A DNA stretch of 36,069 nucleotides from a virus (lineage: Duplodnaviria > Caudoviricetes): the IMG/VR virus record IMGVR_UViG_3300035187_000647, positions 1 through 36,069 of that record, one strand, 5' to 3'. The notes beneath the pieces are model-generated. The model did not search any database and had not been told where the DNA came from. It saw only the letters and a program-made list of their open reading frames with translations. Position numbers and translations under genes: made by a program. Positions 18,086 through 26,570 of this stretch are shown in pieces. Numbering within the stretch: position 1 is the first letter of the stretch; each line of letters starts with the position of its first letter.

Positions 18086-19141
18086 TCAGTCTCTGTACAT
18101 CTCACGCAGACTGTCCATGCCAATGAAGCGGTGACCCACAATGTGACCGCCACGCAGCTCAAGATCGAACACGCCGTAGGTCCAGCCCGTCGTCGCCGTG
18201 CCAGCGTAGGGCGCCACATAGCCCTGCGGCATCGCGCTACCTAAATTCAGCACCTCAATGTGCTGCGACGGGCCAATTTTCGGGATTTGCTTGAAAACAG
18301 CGCGATGCGTGTGGCCCCACACGATCGAAAACAGCGCATCATTCCCGATCTGCTGCTCTGAGTTCTTCCCACCATACGCGCGCCCCATAATCGTTTTAGG
18401 CGCATGCACAAACCCGACCCCAGCAATAAACAGGAACTCGCCATACGGCTTGAACCGCCAATCGAACCGCGCCAGCACGTCGTGCATCGCCTCGACGAAC
18501 ATGCCGTCAGCTTCCGGATGCAAATCCTGAAACCTGTAAATACGGTCTTCGTGGTTCCCTTCGACCAAGTGCAGAGCGATATTCCCGCCTGCAATTTCCT
18601 TGTGGATAAGTGTCAGAGCCTCTTCCAAACTGTCCAAATCTCGGCGGTAGGACGGCTTCAAAGCCGCGCTCAGAGATCCGACCGGCTCATGGCTCGAGCA
18701 GCTGTGGAAGTCTCCAAGGTCACCAATCTGCACAACCTTGTCAGGCCGCGTCGCCGCAATGTGCCGCCCGAACCACTTAAACCGCTCCTTGTCCTGCGTC
18801 GGGCTGTCATGCACATCACCGATCGCGCAGACCCTAATCGTCTCCCCCTCCGGAGACGCTCCCGCACGCACAGACACCCGCGGCTTTGCTGCAGGCGCGA
18901 ACTCAACCTCCTGCGCCGGACGCGCACGCGACGCATCTAAAAACTGTTGGTAAAGCTGTGGAAACGACCTAGCGATCGGGCCGTTATGACGTAACCTAGT
19001 GTAAATCGTCGGCGGGCTAATGCCCAGCTTTTCAGCCAGCAGCGCGATTGATCGCCCCGTGCTATACCCCGCTTTCAGAGCCGCCAATAATCCGAACACC
19101 GTCTCTTCGGCGGCTGCTTTCGTGATCGGCGGCTGCGGCAT
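18086..19141 (-). CDS. Calcineurin-like metallophosphoesterase with N-terminal HTH
   Basis: GDVH, IGDLGD, GNHE, VH and GHTH motifs; N-terminal LAEKLGISPPTIY. Start at 19141 or 19159. Confidence 0.88.
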   Translation of the reverse strand: MPQPPITKAAAEETVFGLLAALKAGYSTGRSIALLAEKLGISPPTIYTRLRHNGPIARSFPQLYQQFLDASRARPAQEVEFAPAAKPRVSVRAGASPEGETIRVCAIGDVHDSPTQDKERFKWFGRHIAATRPDKVVQIGDLGDFHSCSSHEPVGSLSAALKPSYRRDLDSLEEALTLIHKEIAGGNIALHLVEGNHEDRIYRFQDLHPEADGMFVEAMHDVLARFDWRFKPYGEFLFIAGVGFVHAPKTIMGRAYGGKNSEQQIGNDALFSIVWGHTHRAVFKQIPKIGPSQHIEVLNLGSAMPQGYVAPYAGTATTGWTYGVFDLELRGGHIVGHRFIGMDSLREMYRD

Positions 19142-19307
19142 CAGGTTCGTCCGTCTCACATCCCGGCGGGCTTCCCGGGCGGGACCATTGCATTAGGACC
19201 GACCATTGTCCATGCGTCGGTCCCAAGTCAGCGGCAACCGCCCAGCCTTCCGCCTGGCGTGCAGGAACGTCGTGATGCCTGACGTACCGGAACCAGCTTA
19301 TCGTCAT
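19062..19307 (-). CDS. Small hypothetical protein
   Basis: ATGA-coupled to terS; FRYVRH..GW..HGQWSVLMQW. The 3' end overlaps the next gene. Confidence 0.5.
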   Translation of the reverse strand: MTISWFRYVRHHDVPARQAEGWAVAADLGPTHGQWSVLMQWSRPGSPPGCETDEPDAAAADHESSRRRDGVRIIGGSESGV

Positions 19308-19975
19308 TTTTCGTTTTTTGTTTTTTTGGCGGGTCGGCGTTTCGGTGTGCCGGGGGGTGGGGGGTCCGATCGTTTTTTGCGTGTACGAGTAGCGGTAGGC
19401 GGCGCAAGACCGCCCCCCGGTACTATGCCCCCGCCGGGGGGGTCTTCGGCGTTTACGGCCTGCAGCTTGAGCGTTGGCGGATCCTGCCTTTCACCCGAAA
19501 AGGTTGGATCGCCAGTAATATCAATGACTTGGCCCTCGATGTACCCGACATCGTTACCCGATCGACGTGCAGACAGCGCACGCAACGCATCAAGATGCAG
19601 CTGATGCGTGTGCGTGACGTTCGCCTCGACGATCTGCTTGTCGCCGTAAACCTTTGGCAACAAACGAGAAGCTACCCATTTCATGCCGTCGACGACGACG
19701 CGCCCTACATCAGGTGGTAGCTCTCCTCGCTTAACCTGTTGAATTGTCTCGCTTATTTCTTCTGCGTGATTAATGGCTCGCGTCTGGATTGCGCGCGCGT
19801 ATTTGTCGCGGAAATCCTCTTCCGCGTGCATCCAACGCCAGATCGTTGCGTGATCTGGCATGTCCTCGTCCTTCGATACGCTGAGAAGAGATCGTCCGCT
19901 TGCGATCCTGATGCATATCTCGTCGATCAGTTCCGGCGTCCGTTTGGACGGCCTTCCGATCTTCGTTTCACTCAC
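19304..19975 (-). CDS. terS: Terminase small subunit (Sf6 gp1-like)
   Basis: GRPSK..EICIRIASGRSL..MPDHATIWRW..YARA..KWVASRLLPKVYGD. Confidence 0.88.
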   Translation of the reverse strand: MSETKIGRPSKRTPELIDEICIRIASGRSLLSVSKDEDMPDHATIWRWMHAEEDFRDKYARAIQTRAINHAEEISETIQQVKRGELPPDVGRVVVDGMKWVASRLLPKVYGDKQIVEANVTHTHQLHLDALRALSARRSGNDVGYIEGQVIDITGDPTFSGERQDPPTLKLQAVNAEDPPGGGIVPGGGLAPPTATRTRKKRSDPPPPGTPKRRPAKKTKNEK

Positions 19976-20184
19976 TGCTTCTTCCTCGCCTTGATTGCCA
20001 GAGACGGAAACCAGATCACGTTGTTCTCCATCCTGACCTTGTATGTCCGTCCGTTGTTTGTGACTGCCATAAACCGCACAGGCGACGCCTCACACTCAGC
20101 GAGGTAATCGTCGATAATGCCGGCGAGATACTCGTCCAGCTCTTCCTGTGACCGTTCTGTCCCGTCCTCAAAATGGGATGTCAT
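19972..20184 (-). CDS. Hypothetical protein
   Basis: 70-aa ORF overlapping both neighbours in operon fashion. Confidence 0.55.
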   Translation of the reverse strand: MTSHFEDGTERSQEELDEYLAGIIDDYLAECEASPVRFMAVTNNGRTYKVRMENNVIWFPSLAIKARKKQ

Positions 20185-20713
20185 CGTCTAGCTTCCTCAC
20201 TCCTCCGACCTTCTCGACCGTCGCGCCTGGAAATAGGCTCTTCGTCGTCTCGACGACGCGCCGGCCTTGGAAGTCTGTCCAGACCGTCAGCAACTCGTCG
20301 ATCGTCACGACATGCTGCGGCGTCTCACTGTCGACCGCAACCTTCCCTACGTCAGCCCGATCCAGCACGATCGTATAGGTACTGCCTTTATGTCGTTTCT
20401 GCCAGACGGCTTCGGGATAGGTTTTGTGTCCCGCCTCAGTTGCCGCCTTATCGAGCGCCTGCCATCCGCGGATCACGACGTTTGCGCGATGCACAACTTG
20501 CTCGAGATCATTATCACGGATTGCGTCGTCGAGCTTTGACCTAGCCGACGAAAAGCGTGCGGCCATGTCCGGCGTGACCAGCCTCTGCAGCCTTCCGACG
20601 CCCCATCTCCGCTCCATGTCGACGGCGACTTTGTCGACCGGCTCGAGCGCATCTTGCACTGGCCCTCGGTCGATCGGCAGCGGCATGAACGCCCTCTCCA
20701 TCACCCTTCCCAC
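20168..20713 (-). CDS. Conserved phage protein ending in DDDIPF
   Basis: AGGAGG RBS; MERRWGVGRL..GWQALDKAA; C-terminus LDDDIPF. Confidence 0.7.
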   Translation of the reverse strand: MGRVMERAFMPLPIDRGPVQDALEPVDKVAVDMERRWGVGRLQRLVTPDMAARFSSARSKLDDAIRDNDLEQVVHRANVVIRGWQALDKAATEAGHKTYPEAVWQKRHKGSTYTIVLDRADVGKVAVDSETPQHVVTIDELLTVWTDFQGRRVVETTKSLFPGATVEKVGGVRKLDDDIPF

Positions 20714-20739
20714 ATCACCCTCCTTTCTCTGCCCCGATT

Positions 20740-20930
20740 AAATCCGGACACCGGACACTTCCTAGTGTTGTGTCCGTGTCCGTCCGGATTTTTAACTTCG
20801 CCAAATAGTGTCCGAAAAAGTGTCCGGTAAACGTCCGAAACATCTAAGTCTCTGTAAACCATACATATTTAGCCCACATGCTTATATGTCCGGCTTGTCC
20901 GAGCTTTGGCACCTCACGCTCGAACGTCCG
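20740..20930. repeat. GTCCG/CGGAC repeat cluster with inverted repeat, candidate replication origin
   Basis: About 11 GTCCG/CGGAC copies. AAATCCGGAC (20740-20749) is inverted to GTCCGGATTT (20782-20791). Located at the 3' end of the primase-helicase. Confidence 0.65.
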
Positions 20931-22979
20931 ACGCGCGCTGTCGCCCTGTAAATGGGTCATCGTGTCGAAATATGTGCGCCACACGTCGACATTGACAACC
21001 CTCTGATTGGACGGAATTTGGTCCAAACCGACCGCTCTTCCCTGCTCGCTGATCGCCATCTGCAGCGCATCGAGCAGCACCTTCTGGTTGCCGCTGGCCC
21101 GCTTCCGCTTCTTCGGTTCATGGGTCTCGTTGAGCGGATGCACGACCAGAGATGTGGCATCCGGATCCAACTGGCTGACGTGCATCAGGTCGAGACGGAA
21201 CGACCAGGAGAGGCCGTCCATGCCGTCCTTCTGCTTCGTCGATTTGACCGTGCAGACAGGCTCCGTCGCATCGTCGTCACTGATGCGCGTCAGCTCGAGT
21301 TCGGCGTCCACAGCCGCCAGGAGCGCGCTGGAGCCACGCATGCCGCGGCTCTCGTCCTTGCCTGTGTGGTGAACCACGCAGACCGTACAGTCGAGCGCGT
21401 CCTGCAGCGCCGCCATGACACTAACGAACTGCATCATCTCGGCTGACGAGTTCTCCTCGCCGCCGGCATAGGCACGCGCCAGCGTGTCGACGAAGATCAC
21501 GGCAGGCTTGATGCCGCGTTCTTTGATCACCTCGATCAGCGCATTGAGATCGTCGAGAGACGACCGCAGGTTCATCTGCGCCTTCACGAAATGCACGGGC
21601 AGATCGTCCGGCAGGTCGTATCGCTGCATCAGCGCATCACGCCGACGCCGCAAGCCGGCGCCGCCCTCGAGCGCCAAATAGACCACATCGCCCTGCTGGA
21701 CATCGCAGCCGAACGCTTCACGTCCAGCCGCAACCATTGCCGCTAGGTACATGGCAAAGAACGACTTTCCCGCTCCGGACCTGCCGTAGATTGCACTGAA
21801 CGATCGGGCCGGGAGCATGTCCTTAACCAGCCACTTAACCTTCACGTCCTGCAGGTCGTGCCACGGGACCAGGTCGATGCGGCGCTTGGGCTGCTCGACC
21901 TGTACCGTCTGCGGTACAGGTTGCGCGTGCTGGCCCGACAGGAACCCCAGCTGCTCGATGACGCTCGGCGCCTTGGGCAGCACGGCCCGCGCTGCGGCCT
22001 TCCGATCGCCGCCATGATCAAAGATGGCGACGAGATCGAACGGATCCGAGACGCGGTTCGACAGGGGATCCGCAGCGCCGTGGTGACTGAACACGCAATA
22101 ATCACCACGGGCGCCACGGAAGACGACGACACCAGGCGTCCCGCTCTCTGAGCCTGGCCTGATGTAGCGATACTTGTCTCCGTCCTTGAAGACGAACTTA
22201 TAGCCTTGGCTCTCGAGCTTCGATCGAACCCACTCAAGGCCACGCGCCTTGTTGAACTGGTCGATGTCGCCAGAGGCTTTCGCTGGTGCAGCTGTGACGA
22301 TCGACTGCTCGACCTGCTCGCGCTTGGCCCGTTCCTTGGCCCAGGCCATCGCCTCGCCGACCGGGAACGCATGACCGCCCTCGTTCACGTCGAACAGGAA
22401 CGCGTCAGGCTGCTCGACGCGCGGCAAATACCACGGCTGCGACCACTTGCTGTTCTCGGTGACGTCGGCCAGCCAGACGCCGCGGCTGTGCAACTGCGCC
22501 AGAATCCACTGCACGCAGGCCAGCAGCTCCTGCTGTGACTTCAGACGCGCCGGGATGACGATGCGGTACTTCCAATGAGGCTGACCGCCGCCATTGACGG
22601 GGCGATAGCTGTGCGACGTGTGGGCGATGTAGGCGATGCCCATAGCACGCAGTGCTACACACACTTCTGGCATGGGCGGAGCGCCCGACAGGATCTCGCC
22701 GGTCTCGGGGTCGATGCGACTGTCGCCGTCAAGGATCAGAAGTTCTGCGCTGCGGAGATTTTCGTCCGCACGCTTGGGCGCGACGAGATCACCGCCGCGA
22801 ATGTAATAGCTGCCGTCCTTGGCGCCCTGGCGTGGCGAACGCAGGCGAGCGGCGAGCTGCTGAAACGTGTAGTCCTTCACTGTGAGGGCGACATCGGTGC
22901 GCCCGCCCACAGCAAATGCGAGCTTCATCGAATGCTCGCTGATGTCTTTCGGTTCTTGTTGTGTTACTGCTTCGGACAT
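20844..22979 (-). CDS. Primase/polymerase-like domain fused to AAA_25 (RepA-type) helicase
   Basis: N-terminal LILDGD, HTSHS and YRIVIP (AEP-like); Walker A GRSGAGKS, Walker B IFVDT, VHHTGK and RGSS. Confidence 0.85.
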   Translation of the reverse strand: MSEAVTQQEPKDISEHSMKLAFAVGGRTDVALTVKDYTFQQLAARLRSPRQGAKDGSYYIRGGDLVAPKRADENLRSAELLILDGDSRIDPETGEILSGAPPMPEVCVALRAMGIAYIAHTSHSYRPVNGGGQPHWKYRIVIPARLKSQQELLACVQWILAQLHSRGVWLADVTENSKWSQPWYLPRVEQPDAFLFDVNEGGHAFPVGEAMAWAKERAKREQVEQSIVTAAPAKASGDIDQFNKARGLEWVRSKLESQGYKFVFKDGDKYRYIRPGSESGTPGVVVFRGARGDYCVFSHHGAADPLSNRVSDPFDLVAIFDHGGDRKAAARAVLPKAPSVIEQLGFLSGQHAQPVPQTVQVEQPKRRIDLVPWHDLQDVKVKWLVKDMLPARSFSAIYGRSGAGKSFFAMYLAAMVAAGREAFGCDVQQGDVVYLALEGGAGLRRRRDALMQRYDLPDDLPVHFVKAQMNLRSSLDDLNALIEVIKERGIKPAVIFVDTLARAYAGGEENSSAEMMQFVSVMAALQDALDCTVCVVHHTGKDESRGMRGSSALLAAVDAELELTRISDDDATEPVCTVKSTKQKDGMDGLSWSFRLDLMHVSQLDPDATSLVVHPLNETHEPKKRKRASGNQKVLLDALQMAISEQGRAVGLDQIPSNQRVVNVDVWRTYFDTMTHLQGDSARRTFEREVPKLGQAGHISMWAKYVWFTET

Positions 22980-23014
22980 TCCGCGCTACTCTTTCTCCCC
23001 TGGTGCGGACAACT

Positions 23015-23050
23015 AAAGGGCAGGCCATACCCGTGAGCCTGCCCTTTTTT
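23015..23050. terminator. Intrinsic terminator-like hairpin downstream of the SSB-like gene
   Basis: AAAGGGCAGGC/GCCTGCCCTTT 11-bp inverted repeat with A/T tracts on both sides. Confidence 0.65.
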
Positions 23051-23055
23051 ATTTG

Positions 23056-23679
23056 TTAGAACTCGTCGTCGCTGGCCGCAACGGGAGCCGGAGCCGGAGC
23101 GGGCTTAGGAACCGGCGCAGGAGCGGGCGCAGCTGCAGCTCCATCCATCGCCTCGGGCTTGGCGACCCATGAAACGATCGACCACTTCGGCGCCTTGAAA
23201 CGCAATTCCCCTTGCGGGCTGTTCACCTTAACGGTCTCAAGGCCGCTGACCTCGACGACAGGAACCTTGCCGGGGTTCGCCGCCTGGTCGGCCAGGAATT
23301 GGTTGTGGAGAGGATCCATCGCCCGCAGCATGGTCTTGGAGCTGTGGGAGAACTCACGCAGGCCGAGAGCCTTGGAGTAGATACGGATCCGAAACGCGTG
23401 CTTGTGTTCGGGCGACGGCTGCGCCGGCATGCGCTCGCCATACTTGACCATGTGGAAGTCGGGAGCGCCCGACGAGAACGACAGCCAGCCGACCTCAATG
23501 TTGTCGAAGTCAAAGATCGCTTTGAACGGCAGCGCGACCTCTTCCTCAATGTTGTCCCACATACCGTCCGAACGCTGCTCGCGATTGCGGGCGATGAAGT
23601 CGCCAGACTTCGCGTCGAACTTCACGATCGGCAGGATGTCTCCGCTTGAGCGGCCTTCTGTGTTGAAACCAAGAGCCAT
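23056..23679 (-). CDS. Putative ssDNA-binding protein
   Basis: Beta-rich body, Pro/Ala linker, acidic-aromatic tail SDDEF; sits between the resolvase and helicase. Confidence 0.55.
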   Translation of the reverse strand: MALGFNTEGRSSGDILPIVKFDAKSGDFIARNREQRSDGMWDNIEEEVALPFKAIFDFDNIEVGWLSFSSGAPDFHMVKYGERMPAQPSPEHKHAFRIRIYSKALGLREFSHSSKTMLRAMDPLHNQFLADQAANPGKVPVVEVSGLETVKVNSPQGELRFKAPKWSIVSWVAKPEAMDGAAAAPAPAPVPKPAPAPAPVAASDDEF

Positions 23680-23729
23680 AGAACCCTAGTCCTTTTCTAC
23701 CTTAATGCCACTGATCCCCGTGGCCGGGA

Positions 23730-24203
23730 TTACTGCGTCGCGCCGTACCAGGCGATGAGAGCGGCATCTGAGCGCCCGTGTGCTTTTTTCAGGCGAAACA
23801 ATTCCGCGTATGCCGGGAACAGCTCCATTGCGCGAAGGCGCGAACCATCTTTCCCGTCGCGCAAACCAACAGCTTTTTGCCAAAGTTGCGGCGCAACAAG
23901 CGTTAATGGAGACGAAAGCCAAGACACGACGCCCTCGACAATTCCTGTTGATCTACCAAACGAAAAAACGCTCGTAACACCTTGGCCTTTCATCGCATTT
24001 ACACGCTCAAGGTAGATCGACATTTGGCAATCGACAAAAGGACGAAACATCAGCGCCAATGCTTGAGCTGCAACTTCGTTTTTCTTTTTGCCGTTTCGCG
24101 TAATCTCGACAGTTGGCATGTCGAACACTTGAAGCGTTCCGGCATCTCGATCAAAGAACGCTATAGCTCCCGATAAACCTGGATCTATTCCTACCGAAAT
24201 CAT
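23730..24203 (-). CDS. RuvC-like Holliday junction resolvase
   Basis: GIDPGLSGA, LERV, SVFSFG and GRSDAALIA motifs. Confidence 0.85.
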   Translation of the reverse strand: MISVGIDPGLSGAIAFFDRDAGTLQVFDMPTVEITRNGKKKNEVAAQALALMFRPFVDCQMSIYLERVNAMKGQGVTSVFSFGRSTGIVEGVVSWLSSPLTLVAPQLWQKAVGLRDGKDGSRLRAMELFPAYAELFRLKKAHGRSDAALIAWYGATQ

Positions 24204-24796
24204 TGCTTCACGACCCGATAAGTCTTTGCATCCTCGTCAAAAACGATCGCGCCAGACGCCAACAGTTCGGCAACGCAATCGTTTAGCGTGCCGTGAATGA
24301 GGAAGTGTTCTCGATCGTCTGCACACACAAATAGGTTTTCAGGCCTGTTGTCGTCTTTTATGCAGTTGATGTGATGAACACGCTCATGCCTTTCAATCGG
24401 TCGACCTATCTTTTGCTCGGCAACTAGGATGTGTTCAAAGACCGTCCCATGACGACCAGCTCTATGATGCTCATGCATCCGAACTAAAACGTGCGAGCCA
24501 CGACCATGTTTGCGCGTCTTGCGAACCTTATTGCCGCGATGTCGAGCTTTGACGTAATGCGATTTGCACTCGACAGAGCAATAGGCATTGGCGCTCTTTT
24601 TAGCGTTCGATGTGTTTTGCAGCGTTTCTGTGCCGCAGTGAGCGCATCTTTTTTCAATCGCATAACGATTAATGGTTCGACCGTTCCATTCAGCAGGCTT
24701 GCGAAACTTGCCGTTGCCACAGTCGATATATCCGGCCCATTTTTCAGACCAGACTTGGCCTGACATTAGGATTGTTCCGCCAGGCATCGGCATCAC
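24200..24796 (-). CDS. HNH endonuclease with Zn-finger-like N-terminus
   Basis: CAHCG..YCSVEC; EHILVAE..ERVHHINCIKDDNRPENL. Confidence 0.88.
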   Translation of the reverse strand: MMPMPGGTILMSGQVWSEKWAGYIDCGNGKFRKPAEWNGRTINRYAIEKRCAHCGTETLQNTSNAKKSANAYCSVECKSHYVKARHRGNKVRKTRKHGRGSHVLVRMHEHHRAGRHGTVFEHILVAEQKIGRPIERHERVHHINCIKDDNRPENLFVCADDREHFLIHGTLNDCVAELLASGAIVFDEDAKTYRVVKQ

Positions 24797-25014
24797 TTTT
24801 GAACCTCAACACTGACGCCGGCCCCAACAGCCTCGAGCAGTCTCAAAGCTGTGTCCATGTGAAGCCCGCCACGGTTCTGCTTCACAAACCAATAAGCCCC
24901 ATGCGACAAGCCCGCCTCGGCGCAAAGCTGCCGTTGCGACAATCCCTGCCGCACGCGCTCCCGCTCAATGACCTGCACGATGTCGTCTGTAGTCTCGATA
25001 ACAATCCCGGCCAC
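24793..25014 (-). CDS. XRE/Cro-like HTH regulator
   Basis: RVRQGLSQRQLCAEAGLS. The GTG at 25014 follows GGAGGG; the track start is 25035. Confidence 0.8.
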   Translation of the reverse strand: MAGIVIETTDDIVQVIERERVRQGLSQRQLCAEAGLSHGAYWFVKQNRGGLHMDTALRLLEAVGAGVSVEVQK

Positions 25015-25056
25015 TTCAAACCCTCCACCAATCACTGCACCGTTAGCTAGAACGCC

Positions 25057-25094
25057 TTGCGCTCTAGACGCAAATACTGACGCCTAGAGCGCAA
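25057..25094. promoter_or_regulatory. Inverted pair of CTAG-centred motifs upstream of the XRE gene
   Basis: TTGCGCTCTAGACG-10 nt-CGCCTAGAGCGCAA; related motifs at 28335 and 29706. Confidence 0.6.
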
Positions 25095-25096
25095 AC

Positions 25097-25105
25097 TTAT
25101 CCACA
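25097..25105 (+). promoter_or_regulatory. Perfect DnaA box
   Basis: TTATCCACA, intergenic, 2 bp from the inverted repeat. Confidence 0.5.
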
Positions 25106-25110
25106 GCTTT

Positions 25111-25923
25111 TTACCAGCTGGGGTCCAGCAGCGCCCAGGACGGCACGGAAATCGTCTCAATGTCCTGGCGGTAGCCTTTCCACTGCACGGGATCTGCTGC
25201 CGTCCGGAAGGCCATTGCGGCCTTCTCCATCAGCATGCGTCCGGTCTGCAGCGACGCCTCGTCGAGCCGGTAGATGCCGATTGCATAGGGCGGCTCGTTC
25301 TCGACGGCGATGAACGTGAAGTGGTCGGCGTCCCAGCCCGTCACCTCACGATAGCCTTGCAGGTAGTGCGCCGCCTGCATGTGATACTTCAGCGACGCAA
25401 TGCTGCGCGCAAATGCTTCGGGCGACGCGTCCTGCGTTGTCTTGATGTCGACGATGCCGTCGCCGCGGTAGTAGTCGAAGCGCGCCTTGCACGGCGTGTC
25501 GCCGTAAGCCTTCCACAGCATCGACATTTCCGACTGCCCGTCCTTCAGCAGCTCGCGCGCTGTCGGGTGCTTGTACACGGCGTCGGCGATCGCTGCCGCC
25601 TTGTCGTACACGTCAGCGTCGAGACACAGCTTGCCGGCGTTCTCGCGCTCAAACAGCTCGATCGTTTCCTTGCCGACCTTCGTCCGCTTGTCGACCTTTG
25701 GCGCCCTGGCGATCTCGATGTCCGCCTTCTCCGGCTCAAGGATCATCGTGTGGACTGCCGTGCCGAGACGCATCGCCGCGGTCGGCTGCATCGGGTTTTC
25801 TTTCTGCGTTAGGTAATGCGCGGGCGATCGCAGCAAATGCTTCGCACCGCTCGCAGAGAGCGCGTCGATCGCGTGATATTCGGGAGCTGGCATGTTCGTG
25901 TGCAAGCCTGTCGTAAAGTTCAT
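25111..25923 (-). CDS. PD-(D/E)XK exonuclease VIII-like protein (DUF3799-like)
   Basis: EYHA..LSAS, GTAVHTMILEP, CKARFD, DIKTT, YHMQAAHY and FIAVE motifs. Confidence 0.88.
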   Translation of the reverse strand: MNFTTGLHTNMPAPEYHAIDALSASGAKHLLRSPAHYLTQKENPMQPTAAMRLGTAVHTMILEPEKADIEIARAPKVDKRTKVGKETIELFERENAGKLCLDADVYDKAAAIADAVYKHPTARELLKDGQSEMSMLWKAYGDTPCKARFDYYRGDGIVDIKTTQDASPEAFARSIASLKYHMQAAHYLQGYREVTGWDADHFTFIAVENEPPYAIGIYRLDEASLQTGRMLMEKAAMAFRTAADPVQWKGYRQDIETISVPSWALLDPSW

Positions 25924-26129
25924 TTTTTCTCTCCATAGAAATCATCATGTGGCGATTTAAATGTAAGTTTACCGCGTAATTTTTTCGTCGTGTCTGTCGG
26001 CGCCTTCGGTGCGTCGACTGCTGCGTATTCCCCGCACCAGTGCGTTGATGACGCCTTCGTCACAAGCGGAAAACGATGGCAGTAGCCGATCGTCGTGCCT
26101 CGGTAGTAGCGGCATGATGAGCAGTTCAT
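25920..26129 (-). CDS. Small four-Cys protein
   Basis: CSSCRYY..GYCHRFP..WCGE; ATG at 26129. Confidence 0.65.
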   Translation of the reverse strand: MNCSSCRYYRGTTIGYCHRFPLVTKASSTHWCGEYAAVDAPKAPTDTTKKLRGKLTFKSPHDDFYGEKK

Positions 26130-26320
26130 TCTTTGCCCTCCCACGACATCTTCGGCAGCGTCACAGTTCTAGGCCGCGTTTTTTGATTGCGCGCCCAGCC
26201 GCCAGTCATGCTGGCGAGCATGTGCCGCTTGTGCGCTTCGATGTCTTTCTTGCGTCTCTCTTTGCTCTCACGTTCCATGCGTTGCACGGCAGTAAAGAAG
26301 GCATGCTTCTCTCTGTCCAT
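26126..26320 (-). CDS. Hypothetical protein
   Basis: GAGGT RBS, coupled operon gene. Confidence 0.55.
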   Translation of the reverse strand: MDREKHAFFTAVQRMERESKERRKKDIEAHKRHMLASMTGGWARNQKTRPRTVTLPKMSWEGKE

Positions 26321-26323
26321 CGT

Positions 26324-26563
26324 TTACCTCTTCACCGCGATGTACTTGTAGATGTTCTTTTCCTGGCGTTTTTGGATCAGCAAAATATCGCCTTGCAAGT
26401 AAAACTCGTATGCCATCTCGGCCAGCATGTTGAGTTCGCGCTTCTCAGGCGTCGGTGTTTTTGCAAGCGGCACATACCGATCGAATGCAAGATCGCCAGT
26501 GTGGTAGGTGAACTTGGCGCCACGCTTCGCGCCTTCAAGCCAATCGTGAAACTTGTTCAACAT
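26324..26563 (-). CDS. Hypothetical protein
   Basis: GAGGT RBS; YHTGDLAFDR..LIQKR..YIA pattern. Confidence 0.65.
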   Translation of the reverse strand: MLNKFHDWLEGAKRGAKFTYHTGDLAFDRYVPLAKTPTPEKRELNMLAEMAYEFYLQGDILLIQKRQEKNIYKYIAVKR

Positions 26564-26570
26564 CTCGACC

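Noticed and set aside
18601-18609. Second DnaA box (TGTGGATAA)
   Set aside because: It lies inside coding sequence (LIHK codons) without clustering and is probably chance.
23080-23140. GGAGCC tandem repeats
   Set aside because: Explained by the Pro-Ala linker of the SSB-like protein.
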